This document shows positions 39,401 to 50,037 of a DNA stretch of 64,000 bases, one piece after another. The DNA comes from Gammaproteobacteria bacterium (GTDB taxonomy: Bacteria; Pseudomonadota; Gammaproteobacteria; SZUA-229). Every line of letters starts with the position of its first letter. Position 1 is the first letter of the stretch. A program made the position numbers and the translations under genes. A model generated the notes under the pieces. It made no database searches. It was not told the DNA's origin and worked only from the letters and a program-made list of their open reading frames with translations. The stretch is taken from positions 50,887 through 114,886 of the forward strand of contig JAPHSS010000020.1 of the NCBI GenBank assembly GCA_026195255.1. The letters run 5' to 3'.

Positions 39401-42400
39401 TCAAACTAACGCCTGAGCTTGATATACTTAAGTCATTTCCATCAAGATACAAACGAACATATTTTTCAAGCTCGCCACATAATTCTGCAATCTCATCAAC
39501 TTCGGCAGTTCTGGCACTTCCAAATAATGTATGCAGCGCTCTTAAAAGTTCAGCATTGGCAGTTAACGGCTCAATTGACTGATTATGTAAATCAAGTAAA
39601 CTGTTTATTTTTTTCAGATGGTTTTCGGACTCACCCTTGAATATGTCAAATAATACAGGATCAATGTATATCTGTAACTTGTCTTCTGAAATCGGCTCAA
39701 TTTCTTCAGGTTCTGCTTCTTCTAACTGAATTTCATCTTCTAAAACGAGTTCATCAAAAGAAAAATCGTCTACTTCAACTACTTCTTCGTCAGATGAAGC
39801 AATCTGTAATGCTTCTAACTCTTCAGTTAAATCTATATCAAACTCATCATCAAAATCATTACCCGCTTCTTCTAATTCCAGGTTTGAATTTACTTCGGGA
39901 GCTTCTTCTATAACATCTTCTAAAACCAGCTCATCTTCCGAAATTTCATCCATCAATTCGTCTTCTGAAATTTCAATTACTGCAGACTCATCAACAGTCA
40001 GGGCGGGTTCGTCAGGCTGATTTTCTGACTGCCCTTCTTCTAGCGACTCTGCTTCAGTTGTTTCTATATTTAATTGATCAGCTTCTTCAACAGGGTTCTC
40101 TACTTTAGATTTTTTTATAGCCGAAGCAGGCTTATCAGCTGTCGGCTTTTCCCACTTTCCCAGCGCATCTGTCCTGTCAATTAGCTGGTATATATTGGGA
40201 ATAGGCTCTTTATTGCCTTTTAACTGCTCTATTAACTGAGGTAAGACACCTAATGACTCATGTAATATATCAAACACATCCTGTGTAAGAGGGCGTGATT
40301 TATCAATCACGCGATTAAGCATATTTTCAAAATTCCAGGAAAACTCACCTATAAGTTCCGCACCAATTAAACGCCCACTGCCCTTTAATGTATGAAATGA
40401 ACGACGAATAGTACTTAATGCTTCCTGGTTACCATGATCACGCTCCCAAAGAGGAATTTGCTCATTCAGTGAAGCGAGCTCTTCCATTGCTTCTTCAATA
40501 AAAATTTCTAATATTTCTTCATCTGCATCATCGCCAAGAATGATATAACGCTCTTCTTCTACTGCGGATTTACTTACAACCTCTGGCGCAGCTTCTTCAG
40601 TCTCTACGTCAGGCGGCGCTTCAGCTACAACATTCTGTTCAGGTTCTTCAGGCGATTTTTCCTGAGTGCTGTCTGGCTGAACATCGGCATCACTAACACC
40701 GCTTTCAGCTGCTATAGCTAATAACCTGTCTGCTGCCTCATTACCTGAGGTCATCGACAATTCAAGATCTGGACGACCTTCCAATACCGCCTCAAGATAA
40801 TACTCAATACTGGTAACGACATCCGCAAGATCATTTTGCACCGAGGCTTCTGGTATCTGCCCGGCATTTAACATAACTTTTGAAACATACTCACGAACAG
40901 AAACTGTCTGGTGTTTTAGTTTTTGAATAGGCAACATAAACATTGCACCATCAACTTCATCCAGGCGCTGAATGATTAAATCTAGCAAACTTTTATCAAC
41001 TGGATTTTCAAGATAACTCAGAATAGCCAGTCTTGCGTCATTGAAGTCCTGTAATGCCTCGCGTATTACCGCTGCCAGCACTTCCAGGTATTCGCCTTCA
41101 GGCATATCTGCCAAATCACCAACGCGACGTGCTGGCTCATCTTCACCCGTAGATCGATTAGCAATAAAGCTATTTAACTGAGACTCAACTGCAAGCAGAA
41201 CACCCGCCACATTCATGATAAGTTCATCAGTTGGTTCTTTAGATTTAGAAATCACCTGATTAATTACTTCTTGCTGCTCAATAACCTGCTCTCGAGGCAT
41301 ACCCAGCCCAAGCATTGATAAAGTATCAGCAATTTTTGCAAGTAAGGCCGGTAAGTTATTCAAACGGCCTAAATCCTGTGCCTCACTATGAACAAATATT
41401 TCCAGAGTATCTTTAACTTCTAGTAAATCTTCGCGTATGCCCGCTGAAACAGTTTCTAACAACTCGGAATTCAGGCCACCCATTCCAGAGCGAGCTTCTT
41501 CCAGCTCAGTATCACCAGGTAATAATTCTTCCAGACGGTAAGTGGTTTTTATTTTTTTAACACGGGGTGAATCAGTTGTAATTCGCGCGACATAATAAAG
41601 CAGGTTTTTTAATAAATCAGATGGCGCATTAGCGGCAAAACTTTCTTCATCTGTATCAATCAGTTGCTTTATGCTTCTATCAACCTGACCTAATAACATT
41701 TTGATACTGACGTTACTGTCTATGCCGTCTTTAGTCAGGCCTTCAATTAATGCAGAACTTATAGACCAGATGCGGCGTGTTGAAGGGTTAGCCGACTTTT
41801 TCTCCAACTCACCTAATACCGCAAGGATACGCTTTAAACTGGCAGCAATTTTCTGCCCTTTAAACCAGCCAACCAAACCAATTTGATAATGCGGACGTAG
41901 TTTTTTTGCAGTAGCCACCAGTTGACCTGATTCAATATCAGTCTCAGCTTGCTCTGCATCAGTTTCAACATCAGGGAAAAATAAAACATTTTCAGATAAT
42001 AAACTTGCGTTACGAGAAGCACGCAAATCGTTTAACAACGGTAGCAATACCATGGGCACATCTTTCCTGCCCGACTGCAAGCTTTCCAGATAATCAGGTA
42101 ATTGCAGCATTGATCGCATCAAGACATCATAGGCATCGTCAACTTTTTCGATTTTGCCATTAAGTAACGCTTCGGAAACTTTTTCCATCTCCTCAGCTAA
42201 TTGCGCAGCACCATATAACTCGACCATTTGCAAAGTGCCCTGCACCATATGCAAATGCTCTACCGATTCGCGCAAGCGATCAGTGTCTTCTGTGTCTTCT
42301 ATATAAGCTGACAGTGAAGCCTGAGCTTCCTGTAATATCAGATCAAGTTCTTTTTTGACCCAACGCAGCGAATTATATTCAACAGTATCCTCTGTTTTCA

Positions 42401-42410
42401 TCTCTGACAA
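36447..42410 (-). CDS. chpA: ChpA: giant hybrid CheA-type histidine kinase with several Hpt domains, a kinase core, a CheW-like domain and a C-terminal receiver
   Basis: A 1987-aa protein with repeated HTLKG-type Hpt motifs (FHTLKGSGR, LHTLKGGARM and others), HATPase_c motifs (DDGRGID, GRGVGMDVV), and a C-terminal REC (MVVDDS…LLDIEMPRMDG…KP). It also has long acidic low-complexity linkers. Confidence 0.9.
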   Translation of the reverse strand: MSEMKTEDTVEYNSLRWVKKELDLILQEAQASLSAYIEDTEDTDRLRESVEHLHMVQGTLQMVELYGAAQLAEEMEKVSEALLNGKIEKVDDAYDVLMRSMLQLPDYLESLQSGRKDVPMVLLPLLNDLRASRNASLLSENVLFFPDVETDAEQAETDIESGQLVATAKKLRPHYQIGLVGWFKGQKIAASLKRILAVLGELEKKSANPSTRRIWSISSALIEGLTKDGIDSNVSIKMLLGQVDRSIKQLIDTDEESFAANAPSDLLKNLLYYVARITTDSPRVKKIKTTYRLEELLPGDTELEEARSGMGGLNSELLETVSAGIREDLLEVKDTLEIFVHSEAQDLGRLNNLPALLAKIADTLSMLGLGMPREQVIEQQEVINQVISKSKEPTDELIMNVAGVLLAVESQLNSFIANRSTGEDEPARRVGDLADMPEGEYLEVLAAVIREALQDFNDARLAILSYLENPVDKSLLDLIIQRLDEVDGAMFMLPIQKLKHQTVSVREYVSKVMLNAGQIPEASVQNDLADVVTSIEYYLEAVLEGRPDLELSMTSGNEAADRLLAIAAESGVSDADVQPDSTQEKSPEEPEQNVVAEAPPDVETEEAAPEVVSKSAVEEERYIILGDDADEEILEIFIEEAMEELASLNEQIPLWERDHGNQEALSTIRRSFHTLKGSGRLIGAELIGEFSWNFENMLNRVIDKSRPLTQDVFDILHESLGVLPQLIEQLKGNKEPIPNIYQLIDRTDALGKWEKPTADKPASAIKKSKVENPVEEADQLNIETTEAESLEEGQSENQPDEPALTVDESAVIEISEDELMDEISEDELVLEDVIEEAPEVNSNLELEEAGNDFDDEFDIDLTEELEALQIASSDEEVVEVDDFSFDELVLEDEIQLEEAEPEEIEPISEDKLQIYIDPVLFDIFKGESENHLKKINSLLDLHNQSIEPLTANAELLRALHTLFGSARTAEVDEIAELCGELEKYVRLYLDGNDLSISSSGVSLIRDVTDKVSAMLEALEQKNHQLSSDTSLLNRIKELVDEKRSQSIKTEDIDAVNEISNETNSEESLVSYSDVDDELVEIFLEEAEELLDNCENSLQRWNSNNEDEESVLDLQRHLHTLKGGARMADLSPVGDLTHALESLVIAVNDKKLPFSKDISNAFHDALDKLSDMLSKVKDRKPLSSAVALISHIDAIREGKKTLNNGQAASLNEEVDEPEPPRGADKSITKEDTDESEAFSIELSEEDVLSEELVIESDDDFGFEIPDDADNVESANTEELVFDENATYEVELSTESLLEETAESVDNVSVSVIDDAELEAELETTTDELTSDEPATDELTSEEPVEALSVKNNDASDLVLDKSDESHEKIVPQQKESIATEQVRVRSDLLNELVNHAGEVSVYHARMGQQISNFSFNLSEMNQTVIRLRDQLRQLSIETEAQILSRYEKESDQYDEDFDPLEMDRFSTMQQISRSLQETVSDIESIKELLSEEVRDSETLLLQESRVSTELQEGLMRTRMVHFGGLASRLRRIVRQTARDLDKEVELEIVGETSEVDRTVLDRIVAPLEHMLRNAVSHGIEKVAERQAAGKPDSGTLKIVVDREGADVVIIVKDDGRGIDVNAIRKKATEKGLLDANSKISDHDVLQYIMEAGFSTAEKVTQISGRGVGMDVVDSEIKQLGGVLEIDTVQGKGTTFKIRLPLTLAINHALLVNVGDEIYAVPLNSIEGVVRLSGPELQQFYNSGESTYEFAGSSYELKHLGQMLTGEQPDYSRSGQLFPVLLARTGEQSVALHVDELIGRREVVVKPVGSQISTVRGISGATILGDGRVVIILEMNSLVLGDSLFHITESEDETESPAGEVLPVAEEKRETIVMVVDDSITIRKVTERMLTRHDMKVVTAKDGVDAVSQLQEIKPDVMLLDIEMPRMDGYEVATHVRNDPRLVDLPIIMITSRSGAKHKDKAMEIGVNKYMGKPFQEDELLENIHELLD

Positions 42411-42419
42411 ACTCTAGCC

Positions 42420-44546
42420 TTAACCGTTTAATATTACTGTTTCTACCTGCTCATCGCTGTCTGGCAGCTTAAAGCCGGCAACTGACTTACGTAACTCGTT
42501 CGCCAGAACACTTAGATTACCGATAGAGGCGGATGTTTCTTCTGTACCTTCTGACGTTTGCAGGGTAATTTCCTGAATAACGTTCATGGTATTAGATACA
42601 TCCATCGCAACCGATGCCTGTTTATTTGCAGAGGTTGAAATGCCGGTAATCAATTCCGCCAGCTCATCCGATACATTTTCAATTTCGATCAATGCGTCAC
42701 CCGCATCCTCGGCCATTTTTGCACCGCTTACCACGTTGGTTGTGCTCGCTTCCATTGAGCTAACCGCTTCGTTGGTATCGGACTGGATGGTTTTAACCAG
42801 TGCTTCAATCTGTTTTGTCGCGTTACCGGATCTTTCCGCCAGTCGCTGTACTTCGTCCGCAACAACCGCGAAACCACGACCCGCCTCACCCGCGGTCGAT
42901 GCCTGTATCGCAGCATTCAATGCAAGAATATTCGTCTGATCTGCGATTTCAGTGATCAGCCCAACGATGTCTCCGATTTCCTGTGATGATTCACCCAGTC
43001 GTTTGATACGTTTTGATGTTTCCTGAATCTGCTCACGGATCGTATCCATGCCGGTAATGCTCTTACGTACTATTACCGCACCTTTCTGAGCTATTTCTAG
43101 TGATTTATGTGCTACATCCACCGAGCCTTCCGCGTCTTTGGATACCGCTTTCATCGAATCAGCCATATCTGTTATCGCTGCTGAAGCAGATGCGATTTCA
43201 CGTGCCTGGTGAGCCGAAGCATCGGTTAATCGCGTCGCAGTTGCCTGCGTTTTCTCTGCCGCCGAAGAGACTTCCACCGCGGTTGTATTGATGGTAGCAA
43301 CAAGCGACCTGAGTGCATCAATCGCATAGTTAACCGAATCTGCGATGGCCCCGGTAATTTCTTCTGTTACCGTAGCGTGTACCGTTAAATCACCTTCCGC
43401 GAGGTTTGCCATCTCATCCAGTAATCGCAAAATAGCTCGTTGATTTCGTCTGTTTTGTTCAAGTGCTGCATCCTCACGTTCACTGGAGTCGCGAACCATA
43501 AGAACACCCGCCAGGATAATAACGATTACCGCTAAACCACCAGCACCGATACCAACCCAACGAAAGATATCAAGAAACTTACCGTGCTCAACAATTTCTT
43601 TTTCCAGGCCTTCAGTTTCTTTCAGTAACTGTACACCTAGCCCCTCAATCTCACCGGCTGAGTTTTTAACATCAAATAAATCTGGTGATAATTCTAAAAT
43701 TGCTTCAACATGGTCTGATACTGAACTGAATAACATCGCAACTTCACGTAGTTTTATTCTTACCACTTCATCATTGACTTTTTGAATTCGTAAAGCTTTT
43801 GAGCCTTTTAACATCGCCTCTAATACAGCACCAAATCGTGCCGCATCTCTACCAAAACGGTCAGCAGCCGCCGCCGCACCATCACCGCCTGATAAAACAC
43901 GGTTCATGTTATTTTCTATACGCTGTGTAAGCATCAACTGCCGAGACGCCATAAATACCTGGTGAGGTGTGGCATCGCGTGCCACCAACAAATCCACAAC
44001 TTCTTCAGAGAAAGATAACAGCTGCGGTATGAATTCCTGAATAACCAGTACAAACTCACTAACTTCCGAGATAGCTAATTTACCATCAAGGATATTTCCA
44101 ATATTTGCTCGGTAGGTATTTCCGCTTGTTCCAGACTCATCACCGTACCACACCTCAGTTACAACCTGATATTGTGCGCGTGCCGATTTAGGAAGTGGAG
44201 GCAGCCCCGTAGAAGGATTACCGTTTTTAAAGATATTCAGGGTTTCATCATAACGGTCTCGAAACTGCTCTAACTGAGTAAATGCTGTTTCTCTACCGGT
44301 TGCTGACTCTAAGGATAAAGTAGCTAATCGCTGTGATAATAATTTTTGCTCTGATACTATTTCGATATATTGCTGTTGATAACCTTGCTCACGTGCCGCA
44401 AAAATTAAACTGATCGCCATAGCGATAACAGAAAGAAATAAGAGCACACCCAGAATCAAAATGGGTTTACTAATTTTACCAATAGCAAACGGGTTTCGTT
44501 TTGCTGCACTCATATTATTCTTATCTCCCATGCAATCAAAATGCAC
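42420..44546 (-). CDS. pilJ: PilJ: methyl-accepting chemotaxis protein of the Pil-Chp system
   Basis: N-terminal TM, a periplasmic domain, a second TM, a HAMP domain, and the MCP signalling domain (…[33 protein letters not shown]). Confidence 0.85.
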   Translation of the reverse strand: MHFDCMGDKNNMSAAKRNPFAIGKISKPILILGVLLFLSVIAMAISLIFAAREQGYQQQYIEIVSEQKLLSQRLATLSLESATGRETAFTQLEQFRDRYDETLNIFKNGNPSTGLPPLPKSARAQYQVVTEVWYGDESGTSGNTYRANIGNILDGKLAISEVSEFVLVIQEFIPQLLSFSEEVVDLLVARDATPHQVFMASRQLMLTQRIENNMNRVLSGGDGAAAAADRFGRDAARFGAVLEAMLKGSKALRIQKVNDEVVRIKLREVAMLFSSVSDHVEAILELSPDLFDVKNSAGEIEGLGVQLLKETEGLEKEIVEHGKFLDIFRWVGIGAGGLAVIVIILAGVLMVRDSSEREDAALEQNRRNQRAILRLLDEMANLAEGDLTVHATVTEEITGAIADSVNYAIDALRSLVATINTTAVEVSSAAEKTQATATRLTDASAHQAREIASASAAITDMADSMKAVSKDAEGSVDVAHKSLEIAQKGAVIVRKSITGMDTIREQIQETSKRIKRLGESSQEIGDIVGLITEIADQTNILALNAAIQASTAGEAGRGFAVVADEVQRLAERSGNATKQIEALVKTIQSDTNEAVSSMEASTTNVVSGAKMAEDAGDALIEIENVSDELAELITGISTSANKQASVAMDVSNTMNVIQEITLQTSEGTEETSASIGNLSVLANELRKSVAGFKLPDSDEQVETVILNG

Positions 44547-44579
44547 AAACCATTTTGATCTTTATATTCGTTCTGTTTC

Positions 44580-45110
44580 TTACAGCGATGCGTGTAAGAA
44601 ACGTTCATCTTCAACTAGCGCATGCATACTAAACACGGGCCAAAATTCATTGTCTTTCTCAAATGCCTGTTTAATATAAGGTTTTAACTTATTGTTAACA
44701 TCAGGTAATTCAAATGCCTGATCCTCTAATGAAAAGTGCCTCATACCCTGCACTTCTTCAACTATTAAACCGGTATGTAAGCCGTTATGATTCACAACCA
44801 TGACACGGGCGGAGTTCAAGTTACTTATTGACTCCCCGGTTACAAATCGCTTCAAATCCATAAGCGGTAATAAACCACCCCGCACATTTGCAATTCCGAC
44901 TACCCAGGGTTTAACGCCAGGCACTCGAGTAAAAGATGGCGCATCAAGAATCTCAGCTACTTCACCCATATTTGAAAGCAGGTTTATACCGGCAATTTTA
45001 AACCCAATGCCTGTCCAGTCATCTGTAGCACGCTCGACAGACGGCATATCTTTTGCTCTTTCAAGACATTTTTGCTCAATTTCTTTTAGTCTTTGAAAAG
45101 CGTCATACAT
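44580..45110 (-). CDS. pilI: PilI: CheW-like coupling protein
   Basis: A 176-aa CheW domain between pilJ and pilH. Confidence 0.8.
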   Translation of the reverse strand: MYDAFQRLKEIEQKCLERAKDMPSVERATDDWTGIGFKIAGINLLSNMGEVAEILDAPSFTRVPGVKPWVVGIANVRGGLLPLMDLKRFVTGESISNLNSARVMVVNHNGLHTGLIVEEVQGMRHFSLEDQAFELPDVNNKLKPYIKQAFEKDNEFWPVFSMHALVEDERFLHASL

Positions 45111-45119
45111 TTTTTATTA

Positions 45120-45491
45120 TCAGCCCTTACCAGCCAGTGCGGAATTAACACGGGCCATTAAATCGTTTTCTTTTACAGGCTTAACAATATAATCTTTAGC
45201 CCCCTGACGTATTCCCCACACCTTGTCAGTCTCCTGATCTTTGGTGGTTACAATAATCACAGGTATATGGGACGTCTCTTCAATTGTTGCCAGCTGTCTT
45301 GTCGCCTGAAAACCATTAATGCCTGGCATAACTATATCCATTAGCACCAGGTCAGGAATGATCTCTTTGGCTTTGACAATCCCTTCTTCACCTGTTTCAG
45401 AAACATGTACTGTATGACCATTTTTTTCCAGCATGGTCTTAAACACGTGCACCTCAGTAGGCGAGTCATCAATGATCAGGATATTAGCCAT
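45120..45491 (-). CDS. pilH: PilH: single-domain response regulator
   Basis: A 123-aa CheY-like REC (IIDDS…LMDIVMPGINGF…KP). Confidence 0.8.
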   Translation of the reverse strand: MANILIIDDSPTEVHVFKTMLEKNGHTVHVSETGEEGIVKAKEIIPDLVLMDIVMPGINGFQATRQLATIEETSHIPVIIVTTKDQETDKVWGIRQGAKDYIVKPVKENDLMARVNSALAGKG

Positions 45492-45541
45492 TCAATTATT
45501 AAAACCTCTTAAATATTTATTTAATACGGCCTAACGACCAC

Positions 45542-45955
45542 TTAATTTGTCGCATACTCTTTAATCGCACCAAGCAAATCATCTTTTGTGAAAGGTTTGG
45601 TTAAATACTGATCTGAACCGACAATACGCCCACGCGCACGGTCGAAAATGCTGTCTTTACTTGACAACATAATTACAGGCGTGGATTTAAACATACGATT
45701 ATGTTTAATCAGCGCGCACGTTTGATATCCATCAAGGCGTGGCATCATAATATCGACAAAAATTATATCCGGTTTATGTTCAGCAATCTTTGACAAGGCT
45801 TCAAAGCCATCGACAGCGGTCACTACATCACAACCTTCTTTTTTTAGTAAATTTTCTGCAGTGCGACGAATTGTCTTACTATCATCAATCACCATTACTT
45901 TCAGGTTACTAATACCTGCGGAATCTTCTGCCATAGCCGTCCCGTTCTTCCCCAA
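45542..45955 (-). CDS. pilG: PilG: single-domain response regulator
   Basis: CheY-like REC (VIDDSKTIR…FVDIMMPRLDGY…TKP). Divergent from gshB, as in Pseudomonas. Confidence 0.8.
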   Translation of the reverse strand: MGKNGTAMAEDSAGISNLKVMVIDDSKTIRRTAENLLKKEGCDVVTAVDGFEALSKIAEHKPDIIFVDIMMPRLDGYQTCALIKHNRMFKSTPVIMLSSKDSIFDRARGRIVGSDQYLTKPFTKDDLLGAIKEYATN

Positions 45956-46193
45956 TAAAGGTCCACCTGAATCATATATCAGGCTATATTTAGTTCACTC
46001 AATATTTGTGAATGTAGCTCATGTTATTCAGTTTCGCAAATAAAAAATATCCCCCAAATAAACTAGTTACGCCAAAATCTTACATAAAGCCCTAAGGAAT
46101 TACAACTAACACCATGATTTTTAAGCATTTATCAAAATAATGATGTAATATAGATTTATTCACGGTTAAAAAAACATACAGGGGCCACCCAGG

Positions 46194-47141
46194 ATGACAA
46201 TAAACATTGGTATTGTTATGGATCCTATCGAATCCATCACACCCTACAAAGACAGCAGCCTTGCAATGATGCTCGCCGCGCAAAAAAAAGGCTGGCGATT
46301 ACACTACATACAACAAAGCGGCCTGTACCTTGAGGACAATAAAGTCAAAGCAGACTACAGATCCATCAAAGTGTTTGATAATAACGAAAAATGGTTTGAA
46401 GCTGACGCCATTGAAACCATGGACGCGGCAAAATTAGATGTCATTCTGATGCGCATTGATCCACCGTTTGATATGGAATATATCTACACTACCTATTTAC
46501 TGGAAATGGCAGAGCAACTAGGCAGTCTCATCGTTAACAAACCTGCCAGCCTCAGAGATGCAAATGAGAAACTTTTTGCTACTCAGTTTCCTCAATGTTG
46601 CACAGACGTAATGGTAAGTCGAGACCCACAAAAGTTACGCGATTTTGTCATTAAATTTAAAGATGTTATTTTAAAACCTCTGGATGGTATGGGCGGTCAA
46701 TCCATTTTCAGGGTAACTCCAGATGATGTTAATCTTTCAGTAATTCTTGAGACTATGCTCAATTTTGGTCAAAATACGGTAATGGCGCAAAAATTTATTC
46801 CTGAAATTACCGCAGGCGACAAAAGAATATTAATGGTAAACGGAAACGCCATTCCTTACACGCTTGCTCGCATACCCGCCGCGGGAGAGACACGGGGCAA
46901 TATTGCCGCTGGTGGTACTGGCAAAGCTATACCTATCACAGAACGGGAACAATGGATTGCTGATCAGGTAGGCCCCAGCCTTAAAAAAATGGGAATATTA
47001 TTTGCCGGGCTTGATGTTATAGGTGACTATTTAACCGAAATAAATATCACAAGTCCCACCTGTATTCGTGAAATTGATAAACAGTTTAATCTTGATATTG
47101 CAGGACAACTTATGGATTGCATTGAAGAAATTAAATGTTAA
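46194..47141 (+). CDS. gshB: Glutathione synthetase GshB
   Basis: A 315-aa ATP-grasp protein with a prokaryotic GshB-like N-terminus (MDPIESITPYKDSSLAMMLAAQKKGW). Confidence 0.85.
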   Translation: MTINIGIVMDPIESITPYKDSSLAMMLAAQKKGWRLHYIQQSGLYLEDNKVKADYRSIKVFDNNEKWFEADAIETMDAAKLDVILMRIDPPFDMEYIYTTYLLEMAEQLGSLIVNKPASLRDANEKLFATQFPQCCTDVMVSRDPQKLRDFVIKFKDVILKPLDGMGGQSIFRVTPDDVNLSVILETMLNFGQNTVMAQKFIPEITAGDKRILMVNGNAIPYTLARIPAAGETRGNIAAGGTGKAIPITEREQWIADQVGPSLKKMGILFAGLDVIGDYLTEINITSPTCIREIDKQFNLDIAGQLMDCIEEIKC

Positions 47142-48178
47142 AAAAACTTACATTACTTTTATTTTTAAGCCTTACAGTAAGTCTTGCGGCCTGTGAAAAA
47201 ACAGCCGAAGAACATCATCATAGCAGCCTGCACTTTGGTACATTAATAGACATCACATTATATGACGTCAGTGCAGAAGAGGCAGACGCTGCATTTAAAC
47301 AATTAGACGAAGATTTTACCTATATGCATGCAGCCTGGTCTCCCTGGGAATCAGGGTCAATTGCACGCACTAATCTACTTTTAAAAACAGGCGCTGCTTT
47401 TTCATCTGGCCCCGGCGTTTTAGATTTAATAAAAAAATCCAGCATTATTAGCGACAAAACAGAACAATTATTCAACCCCGCTATAGGTGAACTTATTAAT
47501 TTATGGCAAATCCACAAACATAAAGATCCCGACATAAAACCACCTGAAAAACACCTCATTAAAGCATTTCTAAAAAACAAACCTCAGTTAAGCGATATAA
47601 ATATTGATGGCGTTAAAATACAAACAGATAATAGTACTGTTTCTCTGAACTTTGGTGCCTTTGCAAAAGGCCATGCCATAGACATTGAAATGGAAATGCT
47701 AAAAAACAGAGGCATTAAAAACGCCATAATTAACACCGGCGGCGACCTCAAAGCAATTGGCAGCCATGGTACACGCCCCTGGTATATTGCTATAAAACAC
47801 CCCAGGTTAGATACCTGGCTAGCAAAAATAGAAACCCAAAGTGAAGAAAGCGTCTTCACTTCTGGCGACTACGAGCGCTTCTATTTCTATAAGGGAAAAC
47901 GTTATCACCATATATTAGACCCGCGCACAGGTTACCCCGCAGAGGGTGTTCAATCAGTTACCGTATTGCACACAGACTCAGGCCTGGCGGATGCAGCAGC
48001 TACAGCCCTGTTTGTTGCAGGGCCGGAAAAATGGCTTAAAATAGCTAGAAACCTGCAATTAAAACAAGTTATGTTAATTGACGATAAGGGTATAATTCAT
48101 GTTAGCCCGGCAATGAAAAAACGCCTGAAATTTAATTCTCAAATTGAGACTACACTATTGACTACAGCACCTCTATAA
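47135..48178 (+). CDS. apbE: FAD:protein FMN transferase (ApbE family) lipoprotein
   Basis: Lipobox LAAC; ApbE motifs …YHHILDPRTGYP… and DAAATALFV. Confidence 0.8.
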   Translation: MLKKLTLLLFLSLTVSLAACEKTAEEHHHSSLHFGTLIDITLYDVSAEEADAAFKQLDEDFTYMHAAWSPWESGSIARTNLLLKTGAAFSSGPGVLDLIKKSSIISDKTEQLFNPAIGELINLWQIHKHKDPDIKPPEKHLIKAFLKNKPQLSDINIDGVKIQTDNSTVSLNFGAFAKGHAIDIEMEMLKNRGIKNAIINTGGDLKAIGSHGTRPWYIAIKHPRLDTWLAKIETQSEESVFTSGDYERFYFYKGKRYHHILDPRTGYPAEGVQSVTVLHTDSGLADAAATALFVAGPEKWLKIARNLQLKQVMLIDDKGIIHVSPAMKKRLKFNSQIETTLLTTAPL

Positions 48179-48185
48179 TACAAAT

Positions 48186-49064
48186 ATGACAAGCAGACCC
48201 ATAGCTCCGCCTAAGGTCACTTCAAGCGACCGCCTTAGCATGACAATTTTCTTTGCCCTGTTATTTCATGGCATTGTGATTTTAGGTGTAACTTTTGTCT
48301 CAGCGCCATCAGCGAAGCAAAAAATTCCACCATCATTAGACGTCATACTGGTCAATACATCCAACTCAGAAACACCAGATAAAGCCGACTTTCTTGCACA
48401 AACATCTCAGGATGGTGGTGGCAATAGCGAAGAAAAAGTCAGGCGCACTGATTTATTTTCAGCACCCACATTATCACAGCAACCAGGCATGGCTCAGCAA
48501 CAGGCCAGTCAACAACAAAACCCCATAAAAAAACAAAGTGCACAGAAAGCATTTATCACTCAAAACAAATCTACACATAAAAGAGAATCACACAAAAAAC
48601 AAACCAGTAAAGAAGTTCTTGAACAAATAATAAAACCACAACAACAAAACGAACGCGCTGCTCGCATGGCTGAAGAGCTCAGTTTAACGTTGCAGGAATT
48701 TTCTCAAAAACCAAAAGAAAAATTCTTAAACTCTCGCACTAAAGAATACATTGCAGCCAGTTATATGCGGGGCTGGATTGATAAAGTTGAACGCCTTGGC
48801 AATGCCGATTACCCCGATGCAGCGATACGCGAAAAATTAAGTGGCACACTTATACTTGATGTTGTTATTAATTCTGACGGAACTTTAAAAGAAATAAATT
48901 TACGCCGTTCTTCTGGCCATCAAATCTTAGATGATGCAGCAAAAAGAATTGTAAAAATGTCTTCACCATTTGCACCATTTTCAGCCAAATTACAGAAACA
49001 GGCAGACATAATTCACATCACAAGAAGCTGGGAGTTTCAGAGCAACCAACTAAGAAGCTATTAA
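48186..49064 (+). CDS. tonB: TonB-family energy transducer, in the same position as TonB3 of the Pseudomonas pil-chp neighbourhood
   Basis: N-terminal TM, a Q/P/K-rich linker, and a C-terminal TonB domain (…GTLILDVVINSDGTLKEINLRRSSGHQILDDAAKRIV…). Confidence 0.7.
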   Translation: MTSRPIAPPKVTSSDRLSMTIFFALLFHGIVILGVTFVSAPSAKQKIPPSLDVILVNTSNSETPDKADFLAQTSQDGGGNSEEKVRRTDLFSAPTLSQQPGMAQQQASQQQNPIKKQSAQKAFITQNKSTHKRESHKKQTSKEVLEQIIKPQQQNERAARMAEELSLTLQEFSQKPKEKFLNSRTKEYIAASYMRGWIDKVERLGNADYPDAAIREKLSGTLILDVVINSDGTLKEINLRRSSGHQILDDAAKRIVKMSSPFAPFSAKLQKQADIIHITRSWEFQSNQLRSY

Positions 49065-49627
49065 TGACTGAAGAAACTAACTTAACCAACCATTTTTTAA
49101 TTGCCATGCCAAGCCTCGATGATGGCAATTTTTCTCAATCTGTCACCTATATTTGTGAACATGATGACAATGGTGCTCTGGGTATAACAATTAATCGCCC
49201 ATCTGAAATCAGCCTTATTGAAATACTTTCACAATTACATATCACCAGTCATAACAAAGAAATTAATAATCAGATAATCCTAAGTGGCGGCCCGGTGCAA
49301 ATAGACCGTGGTTTTATTCTACACCGCCCTCACGGAAACTGGGATTCAAGTTTAAAAGTCACCCCAAATATTGCCGTCACCACTTCACAGGATATCATCC
49401 AGGCTATCGCTAACAATGAAGGACCTGAACAATCGCTAATCTCTCTAGGTTATGCGGGCTGGGGGCCAGGGCAACTGGAATATGAGATTTCACAAAACAC
49501 ATGGTTAAGCTGCCCGGCAACCGAAGATATCATATTTAATATTCCCATTGAAAAACGCTGGACTGCGGCTGCAATGTTATTAGGAATCGACCTACAGCTA
49601 CTCAGCAACCAGACAGGGCATGCATGA
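49064..49627 (+). CDS. algH: UPF0301 (AlgH/YqgE) family protein
   Basis: NHFLIAMPSLDDGNFSQSVTYICEHDDNGALGITINRP is the DUF179 signature. Confidence 0.75.
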   Translation: MTEETNLTNHFLIAMPSLDDGNFSQSVTYICEHDDNGALGITINRPSEISLIEILSQLHITSHNKEINNQIILSGGPVQIDRGFILHRPHGNWDSSLKVTPNIAVTTSQDIIQAIANNEGPEQSLISLGYAGWGPGQLEYEISQNTWLSCPATEDIIFNIPIEKRWTAAAMLLGIDLQLLSNQTGHA

Positions 49628-50037
49628 GCATTCAACAGGTTCTGGGTTTTGACTACGGAGAAAAGCGCATTGGCATAGCCTCCGGCCAATCTATAACCTG
49701 CAGCTCAAACCCGCTTGCCACTCTCACATCAAAAAACAACAAGCCCGACTGGGCTGCGATAGAAGCACTTATTGATGAATGGAAACCAGACGCACTCATT
49801 GTCGGTTTACCCTATTATCTAGACGGTACAAAAAGCCAGATGACAGAGCGTGCGGAGAAATTTTCAAGGCAACTTGAGGGGCGTTTTCAGCTTCCTGTAC
49901 ACACTCATAATGAAGCTCTCAGCTCATTCGAAGCTGAACAATTTTTACATGATAAAAAAAAGCAGCACAATAAACAGGACATTGATAAGATAGCCGCCGC
50001 AATCATTGTTCAAAGCTGGCTGGAGCAAAATACATGA
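49624..50037 (+). CDS. ruvX: Putative pre-16S rRNA nuclease / Holliday-junction resolvase-like RuvX (YqgF)
   Basis: A 137-aa RNase H-like fold with the LGFDYGEKRIGIA start. Confidence 0.85.
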   Translation: MSIQQVLGFDYGEKRIGIASGQSITCSSNPLATLTSKNNKPDWAAIEALIDEWKPDALIVGLPYYLDGTKSQMTERAEKFSRQLEGRFQLPVHTHNEALSSFEAEQFLHDKKKQHNKQDIDKIAAAIIVQSWLEQNT

